A DNA stretch of 64,000 nt from Methanosaeta sp. PtaU1.Bin112 (lineage in GTDB: Archaea > Halobacteriota > Methanosarcinia > Methanotrichales > Methanotrichaceae): assembly GCA_002067705.1 (NCBI GenBank), contig MVRL01000142.1, forward strand, positions 1,142 through 65,141. The letters run 5' to 3'. Positions 1-9,242 of the stretch are shown here, one piece after another. Below the pieces are notes generated by a model. The model saw only the letters and a list, made by a program, of their open reading frames with translations. It searched no databases and was not told the DNA's origin. Made by a program: the position numbers and the translations under genes. The first letter of the stretch is position 1; each line of letters begins with the position of its first letter.

Positions 1-50
1 TAACATCCTCAAAATGGTGATATTTGAGGCCATTTTCGCTATGCAGCGGC

Positions 51-120
51 CTTTCGAGCATCGATTTTAGACGGTTGTCGGCTGTTGCTGGTGGCCTTTT
101 TTGGGTGAGATGCTCGAAAG
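51..120. repeat. Perfect 12-bp inverted repeat CTTTCGAGCATC / GATGCTCGAAAG with 46-nt spacer
   Basis: Read directly: 51-62 and 109-120 are exact reverse complements. Confidence 0.85.
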
Positions 121-377
121 CATTTTATAAAAAGATCATTATTAGGATGTTGTCGGCCTGGCGTTTCACGAGTTTATATATAGTTTAAATATATAGCCTT
201 TTCCATCCGCTGGCCCGGATGGCTCCTGGCCGAATAGGAGGGCCTGCCCGCCAGACAGTAAGCCTTATTAAAGCTGCTACTATCTAAACTTTTCTCCTTT
301 TCATTCAATCAATTTTATAGAAGACGGCACGCGATGATAATGATAATATAGATTGCAATGCAATATGAATACTCGCC

Positions 378-2318
378 ATGACCATCTCACCGGAATATAG
401 CCGAATCATTAAAATTGAGTCCCGGCAAGAGTGGCAGTCTGCTCTGCAAGAGGCGGAAAAATTTGCCATTTGCGCCCTGAGAATCCTCACCACCGGCCCG
501 GATCCGCTCAGCGAAAGAATCTGGCTGGCTTCGATTGCCCTTCCCAACAAAACCGTCTCCATCGCCGATTGCCTGGAGGCAGATTTTGATATCCTGGGCG
601 ATCTGGCCTGCCTCCTGGAGAACAGCCGGATAAAGAAGGTGCTCTTCGATGCCAAGACTGCCGTTTCTTTTATCAGAGTAGCCGTTAATCGAAAGATCAA
701 TGCCCGCAACCTGTTTGACCTCATGCTTGCCTCTCAAGTCTGCTGGTCGGGATTTCATTACCTGGTGCCATCCAATTCGCCCAAAAACCCCTGGAAGAAA
801 CAGGAGCCGGATCATAGCCTCGCCGCTCTGGCGGAAAGACATCTGGGAATAGTTCTCGCTCCCATTGATCAAGAGAGCAATTCAGATGCAGATGAGATTG
901 ATGCTCTCCAGCACCCCTCTCCAGGCCGTTTCCTCTCCCCGCATCTCATCGAGGGCGTGGCAGGCGAGTCTGCCGTTCTGCTGCCCATCTACCTGATACT
1001 CGATGAGCTTCTCGCCAAAAATGAGCTGCAGAGGATCGCCGATCTTGAGTTTAGGGCAATCTGCGCTCTGGCTGAAATGGAGATCACGGGAATCTATCTG
1101 GACTCTTGCCGGGCGGAAAGAATGGTCCAGGAATTGGAGTACGAGATCTGCCGCCTCGTCTGGATGATCCAGGACGAGGCCAAAAGAAAAGGCTTTGTTG
1201 CCGCTTCCCAGGATGGCAGGAAGCTTAGCTGCTATCTCAATCCGGAAAGGCAGGAGGAGGTCATGGCCTACCTTAACAAGAGAGGCTATGCGGTAGCCTG
1301 CACCAAAGCAGAGGTGCTGAGGGGCCTTGCCGCTGCCGGCTGCGCCTTTGCAGAAGCGATCCTCAATTACAGACACGCCTCTTTTCGCCTGGCATTTCTG
1401 AACAGCTGGCTCAGGCACCTGCCCTCCAGGGATGGCCGGGTTCACCCCCAGTATTTCCAGATCCCTTCCACTACCGGCAGAATCAGCTCCCGAAATCCCA
1501 ATGCCCAGCAGATTCCCAGAGCCGGAGCGGACGCTCCTGCCTTCAGAAGTCTCTTTCTGCCCTCGCCCGGAAAGAGGTTTGTCAAGGCAGACTTCTCTGC
1601 CATCGAACTTGCCATCATTGCCTGCCTCTCCGGGGATGCTGCCATGCAGGAGGCCTTCCGGGACGGCGTTGACCTGCACAGGCTCACCGCCAGCAAGATC
1701 AGCGGAACTGTGATCGATCAGGTCACCGATGGTCAACGCCAGGCAGCCAAGATCATGAACTTCCTTCTCATCTATGGCGGCTCTGCCAAAACCCTTCAGT
1801 ACAAAATCCTCTCAGACTTCGGAAGGTTCATCCCCCTGGAAGAAGCAGAGCAGGCGGTGGCCAGCTTCTTTCAGACCTACCGGGGGGTGGCAGAATGGCA
1901 TAAGCGGCAGATAGCAGAGATGAGCTACACCGTGATCCACCATTTTCATAGCTGCATTCACGGATTCTTTTCCCTGCCGGTCACTGCCGCCAGTACCGTC
2001 CTGGGAAGAAGGCGGATCTGGCCCCGCTTCGGAACTGGAATTCGCGCCAGCAGATTTCAGATGTTCAACACCCCCTGCCAGGGAACCGGAGCAGACCTCA
2101 TCAAGCTGGTGATGTCCGAGGTCTACGACAAAATATCCACTGAGAATGCGAGGATAATCGGCTCCATCCATGACGAAATTGTCCTGGAAGTTCCGGAGGA
2201 GGGGGCAGAAGAGGCCGCCTGCAATTTGCAGCAAATCATGCAAAGAATAGGCTGCCAGCTTCTGCATCCCATTCCCGTTAGGGCAGAGGGCAGGGTCCTG
2301 GCAACGCTTGCCGGATGA
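378..2318 (+). CDS. Family A DNA polymerase (degenerate 3'-5' exonuclease domain + polymerase domain, no 5' nuclease)
   Basis: Motif A KADFSAIEL, motif B RQAAKIMNFLLIYG, motif C IHDEIVLEV, plus TGRISSRNPNAQQIP and NTPCQGTGADLIK. The N-terminal exonuclease-like region has lost its acidic motif residues. Confidence 0.93.
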   Translation: MTISPEYSRIIKIESRQEWQSALQEAEKFAICALRILTTGPDPLSERIWLASIALPNKTVSIADCLEADFDILGDLACLLENSRIKKVLFDAKTAVSFIRVAVNRKINARNLFDLMLASQVCWSGFHYLVPSNSPKNPWKKQEPDHSLAALAERHLGIVLAPIDQESNSDADEIDALQHPSPGRFLSPHLIEGVAGESAVLLPIYLILDELLAKNELQRIADLEFRAICALAEMEITGIYLDSCRAERMVQELEYEICRLVWMIQDEAKRKGFVAASQDGRKLSCYLNPERQEEVMAYLNKRGYAVACTKAEVLRGLAAAGCAFAEAILNYRHASFRLAFLNSWLRHLPSRDGRVHPQYFQIPSTTGRISSRNPNAQQIPRAGADAPAFRSLFLPSPGKRFVKADFSAIELAIIACLSGDAAMQEAFRDGVDLHRLTASKISGTVIDQVTDGQRQAAKIMNFLLIYGGSAKTLQYKILSDFGRFIPLEEAEQAVASFFQTYRGVAEWHKRQIAEMSYTVIHHFHSCIHGFFSLPVTAASTVLGRRRIWPRFGTGIRASRFQMFNTPCQGTGADLIKLVMSEVYDKISTENARIIGSIHDEIVLEVPEEGAEEAACNLQQIMQRIGCQLLHPIPVRAEGRVLATLAG

Positions 2319-2501
2319 CGATGCCTCTTATGATTATGATAACACAATTGGCTCAGGCCGATCCCCAGTTCGTGGACTGCAATGAGATCAGCATAATGTC
2401 ATTTCAATTTTGTTTGCCAATAGAACTGACAAGCAGGCTTCCATCTGGTAGCAGTAGCCAAATTGATTATTTCGCACGCGCCGCGGGAAACAAGCCTGCC
2501 C

Positions 2502-3386
2502 TCAACGCCGAGCAGGCTTGGAAGCTTGGCGATCTGCGGTTGACTGGCAATCAGACTCTCCATCCAACATTTCCTCCTCCAAAACGGAGTAGAATCTGTC
2601 CTCTGCCCTTCTCTCTATCCACGGCTTGTGTCCGCAGCTCTCCAGCAAGATGAACTTAAAGCTCTTCAATGTCTCCCGCAAGGGCTCGCTCACGCCTTTG
2701 TGAGGATGCGGGTCCCAGTCTCCATGAATGGCTGTCACCGGACAGACTATCCTCTTGCCGTTCTCCAGCAGCTTCCCGCTCTGCCTGAGGAGCGATGCTT
2801 CCTTCCAGACAGATGCAAAGATATCCGCCCGGCATGATGCCTTTGAGCTGTCTGATTCTTTTTCTTTTTCTTTTTCTTCTTCTTCTGGCAATTTTATGGG
2901 ATCAAAGGCATCAGCTCTGGAGAGCAGCTCGCCCAGCTCGGCCAGCAGCCTGTCCTTTTCCCGGTCGCAGCCTTTCGGTCTCTTCAGGATGGAACAGATC
3001 AATTCCACCCGGCCCCTTTCCCTTTCGTCCAGGCGGCAGAGCCTTGTACGCATTATCTCCGGAGCATACCTCTCCTGGAAGGGGCCGCTTGCCACCAGAA
3101 TCAGCTTCCTGACCATATCCGGATGGCAAGCTGCCAGGATGAACGAGAGCCACGCGCCCCAGGAGAAGCCGATCAATGTGACCGGCAGGTCTGCCCACTC
3201 CTCCAGAAGCTCTTTCAGCTCTTCAACCTGGGCCGGCAGTGATCGGGCCGTCTGCATAGGCTCCAGAACCCCCCGGCGGGCGCTCAGCCTCAGGGCGACC
3301 GGTGCCATCTCGCCAGCCGCCCCAGGGCCGCCGTGAATGACCGCTACGGAAAACGGACTGCATCCATATCTTCTGGGATTGATCAT
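2502..3386 (-). CDS. Alpha/beta-fold hydrolase
   Basis: HGGPG oxyanion motif, GFSWG nucleophile elbow, C-terminal HGDWD and CGHKPW catalytic Asp/His. Confidence 0.9.
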   Translation of the reverse strand: MINPRRYGCSPFSVAVIHGGPGAAGEMAPVALRLSARRGVLEPMQTARSLPAQVEELKELLEEWADLPVTLIGFSWGAWLSFILAACHPDMVRKLILVASGPFQERYAPEIMRTRLCRLDERERGRVELICSILKRPKGCDREKDRLLAELGELLSRADAFDPIKLPEEEEKEKEKESDSSKASCRADIFASVWKEASLLRQSGKLLENGKRIVCPVTAIHGDWDPHPHKGVSEPLRETLKSFKFILLESCGHKPWIERRAEDRFYSVLEEEMLDGESDCQSTADRQASKPARR

Positions 3387-3397
3387 TTGAGAGCAGT

Positions 3398-4447
3398 CTA
3401 TTTGAAAGCAGTCTCTACCTTTATCCTGCCATCCCGGATGTCTATTTCCGTCTGGTTGATCCTGGCCTTGATATCATCAGGCGTGATCTCCTGATAGCGA
3501 CGGCTCTTAGCGAGACCCACGGCATCCTCCTTGATGCCCTGAGTCTCTGCCCGGCCAAAGGGCAGACTTCCGCCAATATACAGAGCTAGGGCGCGGTAGA
3601 GGCTATTGTCAACGTTCTTCATCACAGAGGTGAGGATCTGCCCGGCCTGCTCTGGATCGGTCACTTCGATTATCTCCCCCTGATCGGAATCAACCCCTAT
3701 GGCATATTTGCCTGATTTCAGGGCCGCCTGGAAGACGCCCAATCCCGTGGTTCCCGCTGCCTGAAAGACTATATCTGCCCCCTTGCTGTACATCTCATTG
3801 GCCATTGCCTCCCCCCTGGCAGGATCATTCCAGCTTCCCGCATATCCGACCAGGATATCGATATCAGGATTGATCGACCTGGCACCCTGCTCGTATCCCA
3901 GGACGAAATCGTTGATGGTGGTGCTGTTCTGCCCGCCCAGTATGCCGATTATGTTCGACCGGGTCATCAGTCCCGCATAAACTCCCGCCAGGTACGCTCC
4001 CTCATTCTGTCTGTAGAGAATGGAATAGACATTGGAAAAACGGCCGCTTGTGTAGTTCACGCTGGAATCGAAAATTATAAACTTCTTATCCGGATGCTTT
4101 TCCGCCACCCCTTCCAGGAGCCCAATCATCGGAGCAGACCCTGCAATCATAATATCGTAATCTCGATTGCCGGCTGCATCTTCAATCATATTCTTCCACA
4201 ATGAATCATCATAGCCGCCCTCGATTATGGTCGCATTGATATGATAATCGGCCTTTGCTCTGGCAATGCCCCTCAGCGCCGAATCAAAGAACGACTTGTC
4301 TCCCGCCGCTCCATTGATAAAGTATATCACCTTCACGTTTTCTTTTCCATTCCGGTCGGAATAGCCGGAAGATAGCGAAAAAGAGAATAGCAGGACTGCT
4401 GATAATATTGCCGCCCCTATCCAGATGGCAGAAGATCTCGGCATCAT
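3398..4447 (-). CDS. BMP-family (basic membrane protein, nucleoside-binding type) substrate-binding protein
   Basis: Signal peptide, then GDKSFFDSALRG, YRQNEGAYLAGVYAG, GADIVFQAAG and AIGVDSDQ, all typical BMP motifs. Confidence 0.9.
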   Translation of the reverse strand: MMPRSSAIWIGAAILSAVLLFSFSLSSGYSDRNGKENVKVIYFINGAAGDKSFFDSALRGIARAKADYHINATIIEGGYDDSLWKNMIEDAAGNRDYDIMIAGSAPMIGLLEGVAEKHPDKKFIIFDSSVNYTSGRFSNVYSILYRQNEGAYLAGVYAGLMTRSNIIGILGGQNSTTINDFVLGYEQGARSINPDIDILVGYAGSWNDPARGEAMANEMYSKGADIVFQAAGTTGLGVFQAALKSGKYAIGVDSDQGEIIEVTDPEQAGQILTSVMKNVDNSLYRALALYIGGSLPFGRAETQGIKEDAVGLAKSRRYQEITPDDIKARINQTEIDIRDGRIKVETAFK

Positions 4448-4605
4448 GTTGAGAAAAATAGAGCTTTCTCCTATAAAAATATGAACGGCCTGCCGCCATC
4501 CCGCTCTTTTCTCCTGCTCTTTTCTCGCCCCTTTCCTTCTCTTTTGCGCCTCTCATCAACAAGCTCGGCAAAGCGTCAGAGCGCCAAGGGCATCAAAGCG
4601 ACAAA

Positions 4606-6228
4606 TCACTGGAGATCATAAATCTCCCCGTACTTGTTGTCCAGGTAGCTCAGGAAAAACCTGGCCTGCGTCTCGTTTCCAGTTGCCATCTTCATCAGTT
4701 CCGGCGTATCATAAATGGCCCCGTACCTGTAGATGTGCTCTGCCATCCATCTGGCCGGAATGGAGAAATCTCCGGAGGCAAACCTCTGGTCCAGATCAGG
4801 ATTATCCCTTCTTATGGTCGCTTCCAGTTGAGCGGAATTCAAAGAAGCAATGGCATAAGCCGGGAAGTAGCCGAAGTTGCCATAAGCCCAGTGAACATCC
4901 TGAAGTATGCCGCTGTCGTCATCGGTTATGTTCAGCCCCAGATAATCTCTGTACTTCTCTCTCCAGATAGCAGGCAGATCATCAAAGCTGATCTTGCCCT
5001 CGAAGAGATCCCGCTCAATCTCGTAGCGAATGATGATATGGAGCATGTAGGATACCTCGTCTGAGTCGATGCGAATTGGAACGATGTTGAGGCGGTTGAT
5101 GTATCTGTACATGTCCTCAGCAGTCACATTATCCATATTCGGCTTAAACCCGCTTTTCATCTGAGGCAGCCAGTACTCCCAGAAAGCCCGGCATCTGCCA
5201 AAATTGTTCTCAAATATCCTCGACTCTGCCTCAGCCATATCCATACCAGGCTCAATGGCAATGGGCATTCCCACGTACTCATCAGGGATACCCTGAGCGG
5301 CAAGTCCATGGCCGCATTCGTGAATGATATCCAGAAGGGCGATCTCAGGATTGTGCTCATCAAAACGCAGCGTGGTTCTGACATCATGCATTCCTACGCT
5401 GTAGGTCAACGGGTTTCTCTTGGCCCGGGTCATGATTCCCGATTCATAATCAAATCCCAATGCAGCGGTGAGATTTCTCAGCAGGACCTCCTGCTTTTCC
5501 GCAGGATAATAGCCGTTGCCATAGACACACGAGCCGGACTCATTAATCCTGGCTATCAGCCCGACAATGTGGGGCTTGATGGCCTCAAAGAGTTCATCGC
5601 ACCTGGCAGAAGTCACTCCCGGCATGAAGTCATCCAGAAGGGCGTCATAGGGATGCTGATCATAGCCCCAATATCTTGCTTTCTCCTGGTTGAGCTCGAC
5701 CAGGCTCTTCAGGTAGGGCTGGAATATGGAGTAATTGTTCTCTTCTCTGGCTTTCTCCCAGGCAAGCAGAGACTCGGAGACCATCTCGGACTCGCGCGCT
5801 GCGAAATCTGCAGGAAGCTTGATCCTCTTGTTATAAATGCGGTTCCATTGCTTCAGATTTGCTTTTTCAACCACAGACCAATTGCTGCCATTATTGGCAA
5901 TAGAGAGAAGCCGTCCGAACTCCGGATCGATCCACTTTTTGTTCTTCAGGTCCTCCATGTAGCTCTGGGCCTTGGATCGATATTTCGTCGCATTCTGCGG
6001 CATATAAATATCCTGATCCCATTGAGAGAGGCTTATCATCGTATCCAGATAAGCCATCTCCTGGGAGGTATTCAAAAGTCGGCCATATGCCTCTTTGGCA
6101 GTCATATCCGCACCGGTCGTATCTGCATTATTTTTTTGGTCGGCCATTTCCTGGCTGCCGGCGCTTAATGCGGCAAACATTATCGTTGTCATGAGGATGA
6201 TGCCCATCTTATGAAAGTCGTATCTCAT
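4606..6228 (-). CDS. M32 carboxypeptidase (Taq-type) with N-terminal signal peptide
   Basis: HECGH (HEXXH), AESRIFEN, IRIDSDEVSYMLHIIIRYEIE, GILQDVHWAYGNFGYFPAY. Start set at the SD-preceded ATG 6228. Confidence 0.92.
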   Translation of the reverse strand: MRYDFHKMGIILMTTIMFAALSAGSQEMADQKNNADTTGADMTAKEAYGRLLNTSQEMAYLDTMISLSQWDQDIYMPQNATKYRSKAQSYMEDLKNKKWIDPEFGRLLSIANNGSNWSVVEKANLKQWNRIYNKRIKLPADFAARESEMVSESLLAWEKAREENNYSIFQPYLKSLVELNQEKARYWGYDQHPYDALLDDFMPGVTSARCDELFEAIKPHIVGLIARINESGSCVYGNGYYPAEKQEVLLRNLTAALGFDYESGIMTRAKRNPLTYSVGMHDVRTTLRFDEHNPEIALLDIIHECGHGLAAQGIPDEYVGMPIAIEPGMDMAEAESRIFENNFGRCRAFWEYWLPQMKSGFKPNMDNVTAEDMYRYINRLNIVPIRIDSDEVSYMLHIIIRYEIERDLFEGKISFDDLPAIWREKYRDYLGLNITDDDSGILQDVHWAYGNFGYFPAYAIASLNSAQLEATIRRDNPDLDQRFASGDFSIPARWMAEHIYRYGAIYDTPELMKMATGNETQARFFLSYLDNKYGEIYDLQ

Positions 6229-6351
6229 AATCTCCCTCTGCCCGAAGACCAAGGATCATCGCATATTTGCTGGTATATCAACTTTCTTAATGCGGTTTTT
6301 AAAAATAGTAATTATAATTAAAAAAAATATAACGAATTGAAGATCCTCCGC

Positions 6352-8928
6352 CTATTCTTTTACCTCCAGCACAACCTTCTTGATGGTTCCCGAGAATTCA
6401 AACGGGCTCCTGTAACTCTCCGTCACCGGAGTCAGACGGTCTTTTCCAATCTCAAGCCCTTCCTCATATGAGTAGATATTGGGAACAGTCGGGGCTATCA
6501 TGCCGCTGCCAGCCGCTTTTCCGTTTATATACAGAGTTGCAATGCCGGTGGCACCTGTGTGGTTGAGGAAATCGCCTTCTGCGGTCTTATCAAAGCTGAA
6601 TCCCAGAGTCAAATTGCCCGTAGGAACCTCTGTATCGGAGGTTATGTTTGTGTGCCTTATGCCCAGGTAATTGTAATCAAAGATCAGGGTTTTGTTCTGA
6701 ACGTAAAGCGACATCCCATTGAATCGCCCTCCGATGGAAAAGAGCACACCCTGCGCGCCTCCTTCAGGAATATCGACATCAGCGTCGATCGTAAAGGAGC
6801 TGAACTTGGTATCGGGAATTGCCGGCTCAAAGATCGGATCCATGCCCGGATAGTATGTGAAAACGCCCTTCGGGCCATGCTCCATCATCATGTGGTACCG
6901 GTCGTCCAGCGGCAGGACATTGTACTTTCCAGCCTCCACCCACCAGCGTTCCACCATCTCCTGGACTTTATCCGGATTCTCCGATGCCAGGTTGTGCGAT
7001 TCTGATACATCCTGGGTGAGATTGTACAGCTCCCAGACATCATCGTCGAAATTGCCTCCAGAACCGCGCTGATGAGCGGTTACCGCTTTCCAGCCATCAT
7101 ACCAGATTCCGCGGCTGCCCAGGATTGAGAAGTACTGGACGGTCTTTCCGTCGGGAGCGTCGGGCTGGTCAAAGGTGTATGCCATGCTGACGCCTTCTAT
7201 CGGCTTCTGCGGGATCCCTTTATACACCTCAGTAGCTTCGATGCCCACCACCTCCAGAACAGTGGGGACAATATCAATGGCATGAGCGAACTGGGATCGA
7301 ATCTCCCCTTTATCTTTGATCATAGCCGGATAATATATTATCATTGGATCATGGACGCCCCCTTCATGGGTCCATTGCTTGTAGAGCTTAAACGGCGTGT
7401 TGCCAGCCATAGCCCATCCTCTGGGATAGTGTGAGAATGCCATCGGTCCGCCCAGCTCATCGATCTTTTTGATCAAGGAGCTGGCATTCTCTTCAGGCAT
7501 GCCATTGATCATCATATACTCGCTGGATCCATTCATCCCTCCCTCCATGCTGGCTCCGTTGTCTGAGACCAGAATGATCATCGTGCTGTTGATCCGATCT
7601 GTCTCTTCCAGATAGTCGATCAACCGGCCGATCTGATGATCGGTATGATCCAGGAATCCGGCATAAACCTCCATCATGCGAGCAAAAAGCCTCTTCTCAT
7701 CTTCTGATAGTTTGTCCCATTCCTTCACATCGGAATTGCGCGGGGGAAGCTTCGTGTCGGCAGGCACGATCCCCATAGATTTCTGCCGGGCGAGCGTTTC
7801 GTTCCTGACTGCATCCCATCCTTGATCGAACTTGCCTCTGTACTTGTCAATGTACTCTCTGGGAGCCTGATGGGGAGAGTGGCCGGCACCAAAAGCCAGG
7901 TACATCAGGTATGGTTTGTCCGGATCTGACAATTGCGCCGATTGCTGACTGTTTACATATTTTATGGCCTGGTCTACCAGATCCTGAGACAGGTGATAGC
8001 CCTCCTCAGGAGTAGCAGGGGGATCTATGTGGCGGGTATCATCAATAAGAGTGGGATACCACTGGTTGGTTTGGGCCTGCAGGAAGCCATAGAAATGGTC
8101 GAATCCCCGGGAGGTAGGCCAGTTATCGTATGGTCCCTGGGCATTGATATCTTCAGTGGAGACGAGGTGCCATTTGCCCAGGGCAAAGGTATTGTAGCCC
8201 GCTGCCTGAAGCATCTCTGCCAGTGTGGCTGTATTTTTAGAGAGGTTTCCGTTGTATCCGGGATAGCCGACCGACATATCCGTAAGCGCACCTATCCCTG
8301 TCGAATGATGATTTCTGCCGGTTAAAAAGCAGGCTCTGGATGGAGAGCAGAGAGCGGTGGTGTGGAAATTGCTATAGCGAAGGCCTCCTGCCGCGAGACG
8401 ATCGATATTCGGCGTCTTTATCGGACCGCCAAAACAGCCCAGCTGGCCGAATCCCACATCGTCCAATACAATGTAAACGATATTGGGTGCACCCTTGGGA
8501 GGCAGAACCGTCTCCGGCCAGCATTCGGTGGAGTCCTTGTAGGTCAAGCCGATCCTCTGACCATCACATTTTGAGGATGTCTGGGCAGAAGTGGACTTGC
8601 TGGAATTTCCATTTGCCGCCATTACGACCAGAACGGTATCCTGGGGTGCTGCTATATCCTCATCGAGGATGTCATCGAGCGTCGAGCTCTCTGTCAGGAC
8701 CTTTCTTCTGTTCGTAACCATCTCCAGCGATGACTTATCAAGCGATCCAGCAATGGACCGGCTACGATCATCTGCAGCCAGAGTCTTGCTGTCCGCCTGG
8801 CAGTCTTGCATTGCAATTTGATCAGACGGATCCGCAGAATCTCTATTGTCCGCTGCAAAGCTGCCGGGAGTAATCAAAGCGAATAAAAAAACCGAAAATA
8901 TCATCATTACAGTTGCCCTTTTTAAAAT
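6352..8928 (-). CDS. Secreted Cys-type arylsulfatase (formylglycine-dependent)
   Basis: IVLDDVG, LCSPSRACFLTG (C-x-P-x-R), GKWHL, SDNG, YKQWTHEGG. The start is either ATG 8907 or the SD-preceded ATT 8928 (see findings). Confidence 0.93.
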   Translation of the reverse strand: MLKRATVMMIFSVFLFALITPGSFAADNRDSADPSDQIAMQDCQADSKTLAADDRSRSIAGSLDKSSLEMVTNRRKVLTESSTLDDILDEDIAAPQDTVLVVMAANGNSSKSTSAQTSSKCDGQRIGLTYKDSTECWPETVLPPKGAPNIVYIVLDDVGFGQLGCFGGPIKTPNIDRLAAGGLRYSNFHTTALCSPSRACFLTGRNHHSTGIGALTDMSVGYPGYNGNLSKNTATLAEMLQAAGYNTFALGKWHLVSTEDINAQGPYDNWPTSRGFDHFYGFLQAQTNQWYPTLIDDTRHIDPPATPEEGYHLSQDLVDQAIKYVNSQQSAQLSDPDKPYLMYLAFGAGHSPHQAPREYIDKYRGKFDQGWDAVRNETLARQKSMGIVPADTKLPPRNSDVKEWDKLSEDEKRLFARMMEVYAGFLDHTDHQIGRLIDYLEETDRINSTMIILVSDNGASMEGGMNGSSEYMMINGMPEENASSLIKKIDELGGPMAFSHYPRGWAMAGNTPFKLYKQWTHEGGVHDPMIIYYPAMIKDKGEIRSQFAHAIDIVPTVLEVVGIEATEVYKGIPQKPIEGVSMAYTFDQPDAPDGKTVQYFSILGSRGIWYDGWKAVTAHQRGSGGNFDDDVWELYNLTQDVSESHNLASENPDKVQEMVERWWVEAGKYNVLPLDDRYHMMMEHGPKGVFTYYPGMDPIFEPAIPDTKFSSFTIDADVDIPEGGAQGVLFSIGGRFNGMSLYVQNKTLIFDYNYLGIRHTNITSDTEVPTGNLTLGFSFDKTAEGDFLNHTGATGIATLYINGKAAGSGMIAPTVPNIYSYEEGLEIGKDRLTPVTESYRSPFEFSGTIKKVVLEVKE

Positions 8929-9242
8929 ATCGATACCTCCTCCTGTCCAGTTATTCCATCATAATACTATATTAATTGTTGCAGTAGATATAACAAATTA
9001 GTAATATAATAAGGTTTGTATGCTGCATTGCCGATAGGTGCTATTTTTTGGTGATAAGAATATTAAAAATATTAAAAATACAAAGGTGAATTATCTTCAG
9101 ACACATGGATTCCAGTCTATGCCGTTTTGTCTTCCATTATGCCTCCTGCGTCATTGAGCACCTTTGGGCTCTCCGCAGGAGGAAAATTCGAGGAATGAAC
9201 AATTAAATGCAAAGAATAGACAACATTGAGCAAGGTGTATTT

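Noticed and set aside
2491-2520. 9-bp hairpin CAAGCCTGC/GCAGGCTTG around the hydrolase stop
   Set aside because: No T-tract follows, and archaeal termination does not need hairpins. A function cannot be supported.
9057-9080. AATATTAAAAATATTAAAAATA tandem repeat
   Set aside because: Low complexity within a divergent AT-rich promoter region, and expected by chance.
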